Assembly (NCBI GenBank): GCA_021372585.1
Contig: JAJFUD010000029.1
Span: forward strand, 16,362-80,361
Length of the DNA stretch: 64,000 nt
Direction: 5' to 3'
From: a bacterium
GTDB taxonomy: Bacteria > Caldisericota > Caldisericia > UBA6126
The translations under genes were made by a program, and so were the position numbers. The notes below the pieces were generated by a model that ran no database searches, was not told the origin of the DNA, and saw only the letters and a list, made by a program, of their open reading frames with translations. This document shows, one piece after another, positions 51,664 through 62,068 of this stretch (its first letter is position 1; the number at the start of each line of letters is the position of its first letter).

Positions 51664-52275
51664 ATGAAATCCATCAAAGAACCTTGTATGGTTGAGATTC
51701 TGGAAGAGAAATTCGTGTGGAAAGGTTTTCTGAAAGTGAAACAAGCCCTGCTATCATTTGAAAAATTTGATGGAAGTATGACAGAACCGGTTTTACGGGA
51801 AAGTTTAATCCGAAAAGATGCTGTAACAGCGATTTTATGGGATCCTGATACGTTTGATATTCTCTTGGTCAAACAATTTAGATACCCTACTTATCATAAA
51901 GGTCCCGGATGGGGTGTGGAATGTGTAGCCGGGGTGATGGAAGAGGGTGAAACTCCGCTACAATCGATGGAAAGAGAGATTATGGAGGAGACTGGTTACA
52001 AAGCAGACCAGTTGAACAAGGTGATGACGTTTTATCCCTCTCCCGGATTGTCTGATGAACGGATTATCCTCTTTTCCGGATTAGTCCATAAGAGATCCGA
52101 TGAACAACCTTCTTATGGCGATAAAGACATGACGGAGGATATTCAGTTGGTTTGGTTCACCCGAACTGAAATTGAGAATTTTTTGAGCGATAATGTTGCT
52201 CAGAAAGAATTACAAGATGCAAAAACCCTGATTGCTCTGTATTGGTGGATAAATCAGCTAAATATCCGATTCTAA
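51664..52275 (+). CDS. NUDIX hydrolase, ADP-ribose pyrophosphatase-like
   Basis: KQFRYP, Nudix box AGVMEEGE...REIMEETG, YPSPG. Confidence 0.9.
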   Translation: MKSIKEPCMVEILEEKFVWKGFLKVKQALLSFEKFDGSMTEPVLRESLIRKDAVTAILWDPDTFDILLVKQFRYPTYHKGPGWGVECVAGVMEEGETPLQSMEREIMEETGYKADQLNKVMTFYPSPGLSDERIILFSGLVHKRSDEQPSYGDKDMTEDIQLVWFTRTEIENFLSDNVAQKELQDAKTLIALYWWINQLNIRF

Positions 52276-53163
52276 AATCTGCTCCAGCGGTAATTTAGCT
52301 AACACATAGAAATTTCTCATTTCGTCGTTCTCTTCCAGTTGGTAAAAATCAATCACTTTGTAATGATGGGTATTCAGATAAAATTGAAAGAGTCGACGGG
52401 TTTTGATTCGCCAGTCAAAGGCTAACTCCGGTATTTTTTCCTTGATTTCCTGAAACTCATACGGGATTTCTATCAACACAACCGGTTCTTCCGGCAAAAA
52501 ATACAGATCGGTGATTTCCCGGAATTCAAAATGAATTTTCTGGTGAGAGGAGTGGTAGATCACCGGTATTGTTCTGCTGGCAAAAACCTTCTGAAAAGAT
52601 TCCGGCAATAAGGAACCGTGAATATGATCATCGAGGATTCTGGATTGAACGCGTTTGGATTTGATCTGCCAATCCAAAATAAAACGGTCAGCCGGAATGG
52701 AAACTCCTTTTGAATAGGTTACATCAGAGTACTTATCCATCTCGTAATGGTGGACAATGCCCCCTACTTTTCGGATATTAATGTTTGCATTGGGACCCAG
52801 CAACGGATCATAAGTCCAAATGACTTTACCGGCTCCTTTTTCGAGGGCTAATTGGAACTGAACCTGTTTTACAAGATACCCAAGGGATTTTCTCTGATAA
52901 GCACGGTAAAAACCCATTGTATCGCTGAATAGGTAATAACCTTCTTTGTTTGAATAGGCTGAAAAAGAAAAATTAAAACCCAATAGTTTCTCGTTTAGAT
53001 AGCAACCAAGAGTCAGTCCGCCATTCTCGCCGATCAACTTTAAAAGATAAGCAGGAACGATACCGACCTCATTGAGTTGGATAAGTTCCTGCTGAATTTT
53101 AACACATTCTTTAAAATCTTCTTCAGCGTCAATTTCTTTTATCAGGATCTTTTCGCTGCTCAA
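52258..53163 (-). CDS. GNAT-family acyltransferase (COG3375-like)
   Basis: LGCY...LLGF, WTYDPL...NA..NIRK.G, DRF...W. Confidence 0.78.
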   Translation of the reverse strand: MSSEKILIKEIDAEEDFKECVKIQQELIQLNEVGIVPAYLLKLIGENGGLTLGCYLNEKLLGFNFSFSAYSNKEGYYLFSDTMGFYRAYQRKSLGYLVKQVQFQLALEKGAGKVIWTYDPLLGPNANINIRKVGGIVHHYEMDKYSDVTYSKGVSIPADRFILDWQIKSKRVQSRILDDHIHGSLLPESFQKVFASRTIPVIYHSSHQKIHFEFREITDLYFLPEEPVVLIEIPYEFQEIKEKIPELAFDWRIKTRRLFQFYLNTHHYKVIDFYQLEENDEMRNFYVLAKLPLEQILESDI

Positions 53164-53180
53164 AAGACCTTCCTTTGAAT

Positions 53181-54464
53181 TTATTTACCGGATAATTCCT
53201 GTAATTCTACCTCAATTTCCATGGTTTTACCAGCTCTGTTGATGGATAATTTTACTTTATCGCCAACATTTTTGGATCGGATATACGTGATAAATTCTTC
53301 CGGAGATTGCATAGGTTTCCCCTCAATCCCCAAGATCACATCATTTTTCTTAATTCCGGCCTCTCTGGCTTTACCAGCCGGTACTTCCATGACTACTATA
53401 CCTTCACTGGTCTTCAGTTCCAATTCATAAGCTACCTCTTCTGAGTTGCCAGTAATCACCACTCCTAAAGAAGCCCAGGAAACACGTCCGTATTCGATTA
53501 AATCTGCTTTGACTTTCTGAACGGTATTCGAAGAGACCGCAAAACCAATTCCTTGTCCGGATGAATCAATCATAAAATTGACTCCGATCACTTCACCGTT
53601 AAGATTTAACAAAGGACCTCCCGAATTGCCCGGATTAATGGCTGCATCGGTTTGGATGATTCCCACCATGGGGATCTTGGCTGAGGTTGTGGTTTGTTGC
53701 TGGATACCTCCTCCAAAGGGGTCAAAATAAAAAGTATCCGGAATGTCCTTGGTGGAGGGAGGAGACACTTCCCGTTGAATTCCGCTGACAACACCGGTGG
53801 TTACGGTAGTGCCGTATCCTAAAGGGTTGCCGATCGCAATAACAGTCTGTCCGACTGATATCTCATCAGAATTCGCTAATTTCAGGTAGTCAAGGTCTTT
53901 GGCTTTGATTTGGATTACCGCAATGTCTGAAATAGGATCGGAACCAATCAGTTTGGCTTCGAACTTTTTTCCGTTTTTAAAGATAACATCAAGTGCATCT
54001 GCGTCTTCCACTACATGATTATTTGTAATAATGTAGCCATCCGAAGATACGACAAAGCCGGATCCGTAACCGGCATTGACTAAACCTTTTCGTGAAGATT
54101 GGTAATTTTCTATTTTTACGACTACCTGGCTGGCTGCTTCAGAAATCTGAACGATCAAATCTTCACTCTGTATTTTATTGGGATTTTTCACCTGAATTAC
54201 TGAACCGGTGCCATTGGATTCAATATTCTTGATCACCGGAGGTACCGGTAAAAAGGATGGCTTATAACTTAACCAATAAACCGTAAATAAGCTTCCCATC
54301 GTACTACCAATAAAAAACAATAAAGTACAAACCGCTATCAGAACGGCTTTATTTTGCCGTGTGGGTTTTGCAGCCTTACTTCTTTTTTGTTCATCAGACC
54401 CAGTATGAAAAATGCCATCCATGGTCTCTGTCTGTTCTTCTTTCCTATCAATTTCTTCCATCAT
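53181..54464 (-). CDS. HtrA/DegP serine protease with PDZ domain
   Basis: TM anchor, TNNHVV, DIAV, DAAINPGNSGGPL, C-terminal PDZ; RBS agaggagg at 54465-54476. Confidence 0.93.
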   Translation of the reverse strand: MMEEIDRKEEQTETMDGIFHTGSDEQKRSKAAKPTRQNKAVLIAVCTLLFFIGSTMGSLFTVYWLSYKPSFLPVPPVIKNIESNGTGSVIQVKNPNKIQSEDLIVQISEAASQVVVKIENYQSSRKGLVNAGYGSGFVVSSDGYIITNNHVVEDADALDVIFKNGKKFEAKLIGSDPISDIAVIQIKAKDLDYLKLANSDEISVGQTVIAIGNPLGYGTTVTTGVVSGIQREVSPPSTKDIPDTFYFDPFGGGIQQQTTTSAKIPMVGIIQTDAAINPGNSGGPLLNLNGEVIGVNFMIDSSGQGIGFAVSSNTVQKVKADLIEYGRVSWASLGVVITGNSEEVAYELELKTSEGIVVMEVPAGKAREAGIKKNDVILGIEGKPMQSPEEFITYIRSKNVGDKVKLSINRAGKTMEIEVELQELSGK

Positions 54465-54493
54465 TTTCCTCCTCTTTGTGTATTCGAATACTA

Positions 54494-56326
54494 TTACTCT
54501 TTTTCTTCCCGAAAAGTTACATATTCTAATAATTCCCAAAAAAACTCCGGACCGAACATCAGAAAAACTGAGAGAGAATAGGGGCGGTTATTCAGATAAT
54601 GCAAACCATCCATCACTTGAATTAAACGTTGCTTATAATAATCCACCAACAGGTTGAGCTTCCATTTTTCCACTCGAAAGGTTGAAATGGAACTATCAGA
54701 GGCTTTGTTCTGCTTTTTTTCACGGGCATCCTGATAATCCTGATAAGTTTTCCAAAGCAGCGATCTCATCGCTGGATCCATAAACGAGAGCGCTTTGGAA
54801 TAGTCATCAGCAAACCATTCTTCCACCAGTCTTACCTGCTGATCTTCCTCATAACGTTTTGAACCGGTAAGTATCTCTTGAATCTGTTCACAGACAACAC
54901 GCCAGGTTTTACTGAATTGATCCGTAGAAAGAGACTTCCCAAAGTAAGGTTGAAGCATGGCAGGAATTTGTAGTTGATACTCAGTTTTTAAGTGGATATG
55001 ATCCAGAAAATTCAAGCCTATTCGAATTATCCCGGACTCCTTGGGCAAGTCAACGTCATTTTCGCGGAGCAGTCTTACCATAGCTTTACAGGCAGGAGTA
55101 TACTTTGATCCGCTTTCAGGAAGGGCGATGGTTTTATCCAAAAGCCTGAGTTCGTTTAGGAAAGGAATTGCTTTTCCGGTGATAAATCCATGGTCAAGAG
55201 GGGGATCAAATTCAATCCATCGTCCGCTTTCCCGAAAATACAGCTTCTTGGTTTCAGTATGCATGTATAAAGGGGTTCTATAATAACGATTGACATCAAA
55301 CATCCGGTTGAGGTAGTAAGGAATATTCATCATGGAATCTCTCACTACTATTCGCTGAATACTCATTTTGGTCTCATTTAAGGCTTCGTTGTAACAATGC
55401 ATAAATAATTCCGATTTTTCCCTCAACAAATGAAATAGCCAATGCCCAATTCCATACTCCCCCGGATGTTGAAAAATATGGCTTGATTTTGTATAGGAGA
55501 GAGTGTCTGGAGCGTTCATGGATTGTTCCATAAATCGAATCACTTTCAGCTGCCAATCTGTATAAGAGCCATTCCAGGCATTTTGTTTCTCCATATAATC
55601 TTCAAGCTCATGAATCCTTGCTTTCACCGATGCAAGATGGGAAGGATCTGAATATTGAATGGCACTATCAAAGAAAGTCGATTGCATAAAATCCTTCAGG
55701 GATTTTTGAAAAGCCGGCTCTTTACAATCCAACGAAGAAAGTAAAACATTCTTGTCTTCGGTTGGAACAATACCATAACGACCATGAGATTTAGAGAAAA
55801 GATAAAAAAGCTGCTGAAAAGGGTGAACATTAAAATAGCAATCGAATACATCCTGATGAAGCATCGATCCGATCGTATTCGGGGCAGGTTCGGAAAAGTT
55901 CAGCACCAATCCGGTTTTTGCGCTTTCCCGAATAAACGCCTCGTTGAGATACGGCTTGATTCTGACAAATTGCTTTGATTTCGCTCGTATCGAGATGCCG
56001 AATTCTTTTAACCTGTCCTCTTCCACTACTGGCAAATAGAATAAACCGTAAGAACCGTCGATATTAATATAACAAGCGTCTCCAGCAGAATCGGCATAAT
56101 CTTCTGATAGCAGGTAAGGCGCAGATGTATCCCGGAGGCAATAAATCATGTTGATATCTGCAGCGCCTACTTTTTCATCGTGAACAAAGGGAACAAATTG
56201 ACTTTGAGGGTATTCTTTTTGAAGAAACATTTGAAGGGCAAAATCGGTTAAAAAACCGTCCCAAAGAAGATTTTGATCACCTTTAAAAATCTTTTTTGCC
56301 GGAATAGAACTTAAAAAATTCATCAT
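54494..56326 (-). CDS. Large hypothetical protein (610 aa)
   Basis: Long open ORF with protein-like composition; no family securely recognised. Confidence 0.8.
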   Translation of the reverse strand: MMNFLSSIPAKKIFKGDQNLLWDGFLTDFALQMFLQKEYPQSQFVPFVHDEKVGAADINMIYCLRDTSAPYLLSEDYADSAGDACYINIDGSYGLFYLPVVEEDRLKEFGISIRAKSKQFVRIKPYLNEAFIRESAKTGLVLNFSEPAPNTIGSMLHQDVFDCYFNVHPFQQLFYLFSKSHGRYGIVPTEDKNVLLSSLDCKEPAFQKSLKDFMQSTFFDSAIQYSDPSHLASVKARIHELEDYMEKQNAWNGSYTDWQLKVIRFMEQSMNAPDTLSYTKSSHIFQHPGEYGIGHWLFHLLREKSELFMHCYNEALNETKMSIQRIVVRDSMMNIPYYLNRMFDVNRYYRTPLYMHTETKKLYFRESGRWIEFDPPLDHGFITGKAIPFLNELRLLDKTIALPESGSKYTPACKAMVRLLRENDVDLPKESGIIRIGLNFLDHIHLKTEYQLQIPAMLQPYFGKSLSTDQFSKTWRVVCEQIQEILTGSKRYEEDQQVRLVEEWFADDYSKALSFMDPAMRSLLWKTYQDYQDAREKKQNKASDSSISTFRVEKWKLNLLVDYYKQRLIQVMDGLHYLNNRPYSLSVFLMFGPEFFWELLEYVTFREEKE

Positions 56327-56330
56327 AGCT

Positions 56331-56340
56331 TATTATAATA
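56331..56340. promoter_or_regulatory. Overlapping divergent -10 boxes
   Basis: Palindrome tattataata has TATAAT on both strands within a 40-bp gap between divergent genes. Confidence 0.5.
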
Positions 56341-56366
56341 TACATGAAGCAAAGAAAAGGAGAAAT

Positions 56367-57380
56367 ATGGCAGATATTTTTTGGAAGACTTGGGATTTGG
56401 ATTGCTTTGATGAGGGTTCCCAGTCTTTTTTTAATGAATTGAATCTGCCGGAAAACCAGTATTTTCGTCAAATTCTGAAAGAACCTAAAAATAACCAGAT
56501 AATTCTCTTGTCCTGCTTACCAAAGGACCGAAAAATATTTTCCAAATGGTTACGAGGCAGTGGAAAAATATGGCTGGATTTTTTCTCTACCCTGTCGGAA
56601 AATACAGTTTTGTTCTCTTCTCAGCGTTTGCCAGAGGATATGGTTTCCAACCCTTTGGTGGTCCGGGATCTCAAGACAGAATATGTGAAAGATGAGCCTG
56701 AAACTATTGTGGAGCCTTTGTTTAGTGCCAATCCCTCCCCCCCGAAAATCAAACTGAAAAGTACCTATTTGCCAACGATTTTATATGATGCGGAGAGGAT
56801 CATACCCATCACTTGCACGCAGTATTCCTACCAATTTGGGTTGTTTTCTGCTCTTTCTTCTCTGTATTACTTGTTGCCGACCATGACTCAAGTGGAGATC
56901 CAGCTATATCCAACGAAAGCGTTGCGATCTGAAGCATTGATCCAAGCGGTAAAACCTTTATTAAAAAAAATCCCGATCAGTTTGAACATAAACCTTGAAC
57001 CGAAGCCATTCATCCTGCTGTCCAATGATGTCGTTTCCGCAGATGCTTATTCGGTCATGTTTAGCGGGGTACGCGTCTCTTCTATTCCTTTCCTTGGAGC
57101 TGCTTCAAAGAGTAAACTTGGAATATCAGATGTGCTGATGATTCATAACCGGTCTGCCCGTTTTCATAAGGCTATTCATCAGATGCAATATAAATGGGGA
57201 AGAAGGTCTTCAGTCCGAATTAATCCGGAGTCCTGTACTTTATGCACAGAGTGTGTTACCGCTTGCCCTTTCCAGGCATTAACCTTGTCTAATCAGGACA
57301 AAATTGATTGGAATTCATCCTTATGCAACCGTTGCGGATATTGTTTGGATATCTGTCCCGAAAAAGCGATTAAACCATGA
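56367..57380 (+). CDS. Protein with C-terminal 2x[4Fe-4S] ferredoxin domain
   Basis: CTLCTECVTACP and CNRCGYCLDICP; N-terminus unrecognised. Confidence 0.85.
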   Translation: MADIFWKTWDLDCFDEGSQSFFNELNLPENQYFRQILKEPKNNQIILLSCLPKDRKIFSKWLRGSGKIWLDFFSTLSENTVLFSSQRLPEDMVSNPLVVRDLKTEYVKDEPETIVEPLFSANPSPPKIKLKSTYLPTILYDAERIIPITCTQYSYQFGLFSALSSLYYLLPTMTQVEIQLYPTKALRSEALIQAVKPLLKKIPISLNINLEPKPFILLSNDVVSADAYSVMFSGVRVSSIPFLGAASKSKLGISDVLMIHNRSARFHKAIHQMQYKWGRRSSVRINPESCTLCTECVTACPFQALTLSNQDKIDWNSSLCNRCGYCLDICPEKAIKP

Positions 57381-57395
57381 AACAGGAGGTTCTGT

Positions 57396-58457
57396 ATGGA
57401 AGTTATCTTGGCGATTAATCCCGGTTCTACCTCAACAAAGATTGCCATTTATGAAGACCAGACTGAGAAGTTTGTCAAAGAGATCAATCATTCAGTAGAA
57501 GCGTTGTCTCAGTTCACCAAAATTGCTGATCAGGAAGCTTATCGAACAAAAACAGTGTTGGAAGCAGTTCATGAATCAGGATACCAATTATCTCAGTTTA
57601 CAGCTGTAACAGGCAGAGGAGGTTTACTGAAACCCTTGCAGGCAGGCACCTACCTGATCAATGATGCCATGGTAAAGGATGCTGCTCTTGGGACTTTTGG
57701 AGACCATGCTTCCAATCTTGGATGTATGATAGCCATGAACATTGGAAGAGAGAATAATATTCCCGCCTATACCACCGACCCCGTTTCCGTTGACGAATGG
57801 TCAGAGAATGCGAAGGTTACCGGTATCAAAGAGATCAGGCGAGTAGCCTTAGACCATCCGCTGAATATACGGGCAGTTATCCGTCGTCATTGTGAGGAGC
57901 AGAATCTTTCATTCGATCATACCAATTTTGTCGTTGCCCATCTGGGAGGAGGTGTATCCGTTTCCGCTTTCCAAAATGGGAAATTGGTTGATTCGAATAA
58001 TGCTAATGAATCCGGTCCATTTTCCGCCACTAGATCCGGTACGCTTCCGGTGATGAGTGTCGTTAATCTCTGCCATCAGGAGGGAATGACTCTGAAAGAG
58101 GTGAAAACGCTTTTCCTGAAAAAAGCCGGTCTTTACTCCTATCTGGGGACCAATGATCTCAAAGAAGTGTTAAAGAGAATCGACCAAGGCGAAACCTATG
58201 CAAAGTTTATTTTGGATGCCTGGATATACCAAATTTCCAAAGAAATTGGCGCTGTTACAGCTGTATTACGAGGACTCGTCAAAGCGATATTGTTAACCGG
58301 GGGCATGGCGAATTCCAAATTAATGGTAGCAGGAATCATCTCCCGTGTTTCCTTTATTGCCCCGATTTTTGTTTATCCCGGTGGAGATGAACTGCAAGCT
58401 TTAGCTTTGGCTGCTTACAGAGCAAACCGGGGACTTGAAACTTTATTAACTTATTAG
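57396..58457 (+). CDS. buk: Butyrate/branched-chain carboxylate kinase
   Basis: INPGSTSTKIA, RGGLLKP, HASNLG, HLGGGVSV, YPGGDE. Confidence 0.93.
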   Translation: MEVILAINPGSTSTKIAIYEDQTEKFVKEINHSVEALSQFTKIADQEAYRTKTVLEAVHESGYQLSQFTAVTGRGGLLKPLQAGTYLINDAMVKDAALGTFGDHASNLGCMIAMNIGRENNIPAYTTDPVSVDEWSENAKVTGIKEIRRVALDHPLNIRAVIRRHCEEQNLSFDHTNFVVAHLGGGVSVSAFQNGKLVDSNNANESGPFSATRSGTLPVMSVVNLCHQEGMTLKEVKTLFLKKAGLYSYLGTNDLKEVLKRIDQGETYAKFILDAWIYQISKEIGAVTAVLRGLVKAILLTGGMANSKLMVAGIISRVSFIAPIFVYPGGDELQALALAAYRANRGLETLLTY

Positions 58458-58465
58458 GAGGAAAA

Positions 58466-59377
58466 ATGATTACCAATTTTAAAGAAGCGTATGAACGAGC
58501 GATTCAGTTTCCACCCAGAAGAACAGTGATAGTAGCTGCTGGTGATAACGATGTGCTGGAGGCAGTACATATGGCAAAACAAGCCAAACTGATTGAACCG
58601 ATTCTTATTGATTCTCGGGTTAAAATCGAATCTTCAGCTCCCTCTGATTTCTCTTTGGACACGGTCGAGATCATAGACGAACCCGACAAGCTGAATCAGT
58701 GTAAACTTGGATTGGAATTGATCCGAAGCAAGCAGGCTGATATTTTGATGAAAGGCTTAATATCCACCCCGGTTTTATTTAAGGAAGTCTTGAACAAAGA
58801 ATATGGCATTCGAAAAGGAAAATTGCTCTCTCATGTGGGAGTGATCAAAAGTGAGAAGTATCCGAAATTAATCTTAATGACCGACGGTGGAATTGTCACA
58901 GAAACCACCCTGGAAAATAAAATCGAAATTATTAAAAATGCGGTTCTGGTGGCGAATGCTTTGGGCATAAACATGCCAAAGGCAGCTCTATTGTCGGCTA
59001 TCGAAACCGTGACGCCCAATATTCAATCCACTGTTGATGCGGCTATTATTACAAAAATGTGTGAGCGCGGACAATTACCCGGTGTGATTTGCGATGGACC
59101 TTTGGCGTTGGATAACGCTGTTTCTATTGAATCCTGCCGCCACAAAGGAATTGTGAGTTCAGTGGGTGGGGAGATGGATATCGCTGTGATGCCAAATATT
59201 GAATCCGGTAATATCTTTTATAAAGTCCTTTTGTACTTGGGTGGCGGGTTGGTTGAGACCGCCGGACTGGTCATTGGCGCAATGGTTCCGGTTGTAGTCC
59301 CTTCGCGTGCCGATTCCCCGGAAAATAAATACAATTCTATCTTGATCGCTAATTTAATGGCGAATACAGGTAAATGA
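58466..59377 (+). CDS. ptb: Phosphate butyryltransferase
   Basis: ILMKG, LSHV, TDGG, DGPLALDNA, PNIESGN, PSRADS. Confidence 0.92.
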   Translation: MITNFKEAYERAIQFPPRRTVIVAAGDNDVLEAVHMAKQAKLIEPILIDSRVKIESSAPSDFSLDTVEIIDEPDKLNQCKLGLELIRSKQADILMKGLISTPVLFKEVLNKEYGIRKGKLLSHVGVIKSEKYPKLILMTDGGIVTETTLENKIEIIKNAVLVANALGINMPKAALLSAIETVTPNIQSTVDAAIITKMCERGQLPGVICDGPLALDNAVSIESCRHKGIVSSVGGEMDIAVMPNIESGNIFYKVLLYLGGGLVETAGLVIGAMVPVVVPSRADSPENKYNSILIANLMANTGK

Positions 59378-59378
59378 A

Positions 59379-60452
59379 ATGGATGAACAGTTAATATTAG
59401 TCATTAACCCCGGTTCCACTTCAACGAAATTAGCGGTTTACCAGCAGGAAAAGTGCCTGGTTAAAGAAAATATTATGCATAGTGCTGAGGAACTAAAAGT
59501 GTTTCCGAACTTGATGGATCAGTTATCTTTTCGAAAAGAGAAAATATTACAATGGTTGACTCAAAAAGGATATACCATGAAGCAGTTTTCTGCCATTGCC
59601 GCACGCGGAGGCGGTATTAAACCGATTCCATCAGGTGTGTACCAGATCAATGAGTTGATGTTGGAAGATTTGAGAACCTGTCGGTATTTGACGCATGCTT
59701 CCAATTTAGGAGCTGTTTTAGCTGATGAACTATCCAACGAAAATAAAACGATCGCTTATATTGCAGACCCTGTGGTGGTGGATGAATTGGAAGATATAGC
59801 GAGGATTTCCGGTTTAAAATCCATGGAGCGGGTCTCCATCTGGCATGCCTTAAATCAAAAACACATTGCCAGAAGAGCTGCCAGAGATATAGGGAAGCAG
59901 TATGAAGATTGTAATTTTATCGTGGTGCATATGGGGGGTGGTATTTCCATTGGAGCGCATTACAAAGGAAGAGTGATCGATGTAAATGATGCGCTTAACG
60001 GAGAAGGACCGATGTCAGCGGAAAGGTCCGGCTCTCTTCCGGTATTAGCCCTGGCAGATTTCTGTTTTTCCGGTAAATACACCCCTGCAGAAATCAGAAA
60101 ATTGATTGCCGGTAAGGGAGGGATGGTTTCCCATCTTGGTACGAACAATGCAAAAGAAGTTGAGGAAAGAGCGGAGCAAGGAGATCCAGAATGCAAAAGG
60201 ATTATGAACGCAATGTTGTACCAGATAGCCAAACTGATCGGTGAGATGAGCACGGTGTTGAAAGGTGAGGTGGATCGAATTGTTTATACCGGAGGCATGG
60301 CGTATTCAAAAGTGATCGATAAGCAGCTGGATGAATATGTTTCCTATATAGCACCCAGTTTAATATATCCCGGCGAAGACGAGATGGAAGCGTTGGCATT
60401 GAATATCTATCGCGTAATCACCGGCGAAATGAAGCCAAATGTCTATCAATAA
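59379..60452 (+). CDS. buk: Butyrate/branched-chain carboxylate kinase (second copy)
   Basis: INPGSTSTKLA, HASNLG, HALNQK, HMGGGISIG, YPGEDE. Confidence 0.95.
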   Translation: MDEQLILVINPGSTSTKLAVYQQEKCLVKENIMHSAEELKVFPNLMDQLSFRKEKILQWLTQKGYTMKQFSAIAARGGGIKPIPSGVYQINELMLEDLRTCRYLTHASNLGAVLADELSNENKTIAYIADPVVVDELEDIARISGLKSMERVSIWHALNQKHIARRAARDIGKQYEDCNFIVVHMGGGISIGAHYKGRVIDVNDALNGEGPMSAERSGSLPVLALADFCFSGKYTPAEIRKLIAGKGGMVSHLGTNNAKEVEERAEQGDPECKRIMNAMLYQIAKLIGEMSTVLKGEVDRIVYTGGMAYSKVIDKQLDEYVSYIAPSLIYPGEDEMEALALNIYRVITGEMKPNVYQ

Positions 60453-61140
60453 ACGAATTACCCTGTTAATCGGAAACATGGGGTCCGGTAAGAGTGAAAT
60501 CGGTTTCAATTACGCCTTGAAATACCAATCACAATTTAAAAGACCTGTCAAATTGATTGATATGGATATCATCAAACCATATATCCGTCTTCGTGATGTC
60601 GTGGACAAAGCACAAGCGATGCATATTGATTTATTGTTACCCGAAACACGAATGCTAAAAGCAGATATGCCAATTGTACCATCAAAAATAGTCGCCTACC
60701 TGCAGGATGACAGCTATGACTTAATTATGGACGTTGGTGGTGAAGACCGCGGTTCCATTACTATTGCTCAGTTTCAGAATTTTTTTCAACAAACGGACCT
60801 TTCTGTTTGGCTGGTGATTAATCCCTACAGACCTTTTGCTGATTCTCCCGAGAAGATTTTAGAGACCATCTCTACTCTCCAGATGTCCACCAAACTGCCC
60901 ATAACAGGTTTAGTGGCGAATCCTCATTTACGGTTTGATACCACCTTGAAGAACGTTAGGAAAGGCATCTCTATTGTCCGGGAAGCCTCCGTGCTCTCCA
61001 AAGTCCCCATCGTCCTGATCGGTATCTGGCATAAACTTTATTCCGAAGCCTTCGAAAGAGAATATACCCCGATACCTATCTTGCCAATGAAGCTATTCCT
61101 GACTTTTCCCTGGGAGGCTGGTAAATTGACCGGAATATGA
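60439..61140 (+). CDS. Conserved P-loop protein of buk/ptb/2-oxoacid oxidoreductase operons
   Basis: GNMGSGKSE, DMDIIKPY.R.RD, DVGG, INPYRP. Confidence 0.78.
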   Translation: MSINKRITLLIGNMGSGKSEIGFNYALKYQSQFKRPVKLIDMDIIKPYIRLRDVVDKAQAMHIDLLLPETRMLKADMPIVPSKIVAYLQDDSYDLIMDVGGEDRGSITIAQFQNFFQQTDLSVWLVINPYRPFADSPEKILETISTLQMSTKLPITGLVANPHLRFDTTLKNVRKGISIVREASVLSKVPIVLIGIWHKLYSEAFEREYTPIPILPMKLFLTFPWEAGKLTGI

Positions 61141-61164
61141 TTACAATGTATTCCAAACCTCAAT

Positions 61165-61237
61165 GTGCCCATAGCTTAATGGATAAAGCAACGGCCTCCG
61201 GAGCCGTAGACTGGAGGTTCGAGTCCTCTTGGGCACA
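61165..61237 (+). tRNA. tRNA-Arg(CCG), CCA not encoded
   Basis: Acceptor gtgccca/tgggcac, D arm gctt/aagc, anticodon arm acggc-ctCCGga-gccgt, T arm ggagg-ttcgagt-cctct. Confidence 0.97.
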
Positions 61238-61245
61238 GTAGTTTT

Positions 61246-61998
61246 ATGAAATCTTCAAAACGAAAAAGACAAAAAAGAGCCTTAGTACGTTTTTTCTTTA
61301 ATTTAGTGTTACTATCTATCCTGATTCTTGGTGGATATTACTTGTCCTGGGCGCCCATCATCAGAATTTATGCTCCTGCAGAACAAAAGAAGGAAGTCCG
61401 GACTTTTATCCGTTCTATGTCAGGGAACTCAATTCTCTCTCTGAAAAAGTTGACTACATTGGATTGGAGCAAGATGAAAGCGCCAATCACCAGCCCAGTC
61501 CTACACCGGAAAATTCCCTATTTTTGGAGTCTTCATTTTTCTGAAAAATACCAAGCCAGATATATTTATCTTAATAAGTATATCCGGGAGGTGGATATAG
61601 CCGGAAAATTAATCTCTACCCAGGATAAAGAATCTGTTCAACCTTCCACGCTTTTGTTTTATTATCCCATCGAAATTCAATCGGTACAAAACTCGATTGA
61701 TGAAGTATACGAAAAAGAACTTTCGGCTTTGATAGCTTATTTATACTGTTCAGAGAGCGGCTTGGGACCAAAAGTCAGGAATATTCAATTTAATCCGAAT
61801 ACCGGGATTACACTCACCATTTTTCAGAAATCCTGCCTAATAGGTTTTATTGAGGAAAATCCTGAAGAATTTATCCAAACCCTGGAAAAAAAAATTATAA
61901 GGCTGGAAGAGTATATTAAGACAAAAAGCTCATGGGATGAGTTTATACAATTTGATTTCCGATTTTCTGACCAAATTATCTGTAGAAAACATCAGTAA
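61246..61998 (+). CDS. FtsQ/DivIB-like cell division protein (divergent)
   Basis: Basic N-terminus, one TM helix, C-terminal FDFRFSDQII; directly upstream of ftsZ. Confidence 0.55.
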   Translation: MKSSKRKRQKRALVRFFFNLVLLSILILGGYYLSWAPIIRIYAPAEQKKEVRTFIRSMSGNSILSLKKLTTLDWSKMKAPITSPVLHRKIPYFWSLHFSEKYQARYIYLNKYIREVDIAGKLISTQDKESVQPSTLLFYYPIEIQSVQNSIDEVYEKELSALIAYLYCSESGLGPKVRNIQFNPNTGITLTIFQKSCLIGFIEENPEEFIQTLEKKIIRLEEYIKTKSSWDEFIQFDFRFSDQIICRKHQ

Positions 61999-62068
61999 TT
62001 TTCTTGATTTTACTGTTTTGGTGACTATGATTATTTAAGGATTCTTCTATTGGAGAGGAGAAAATTGT

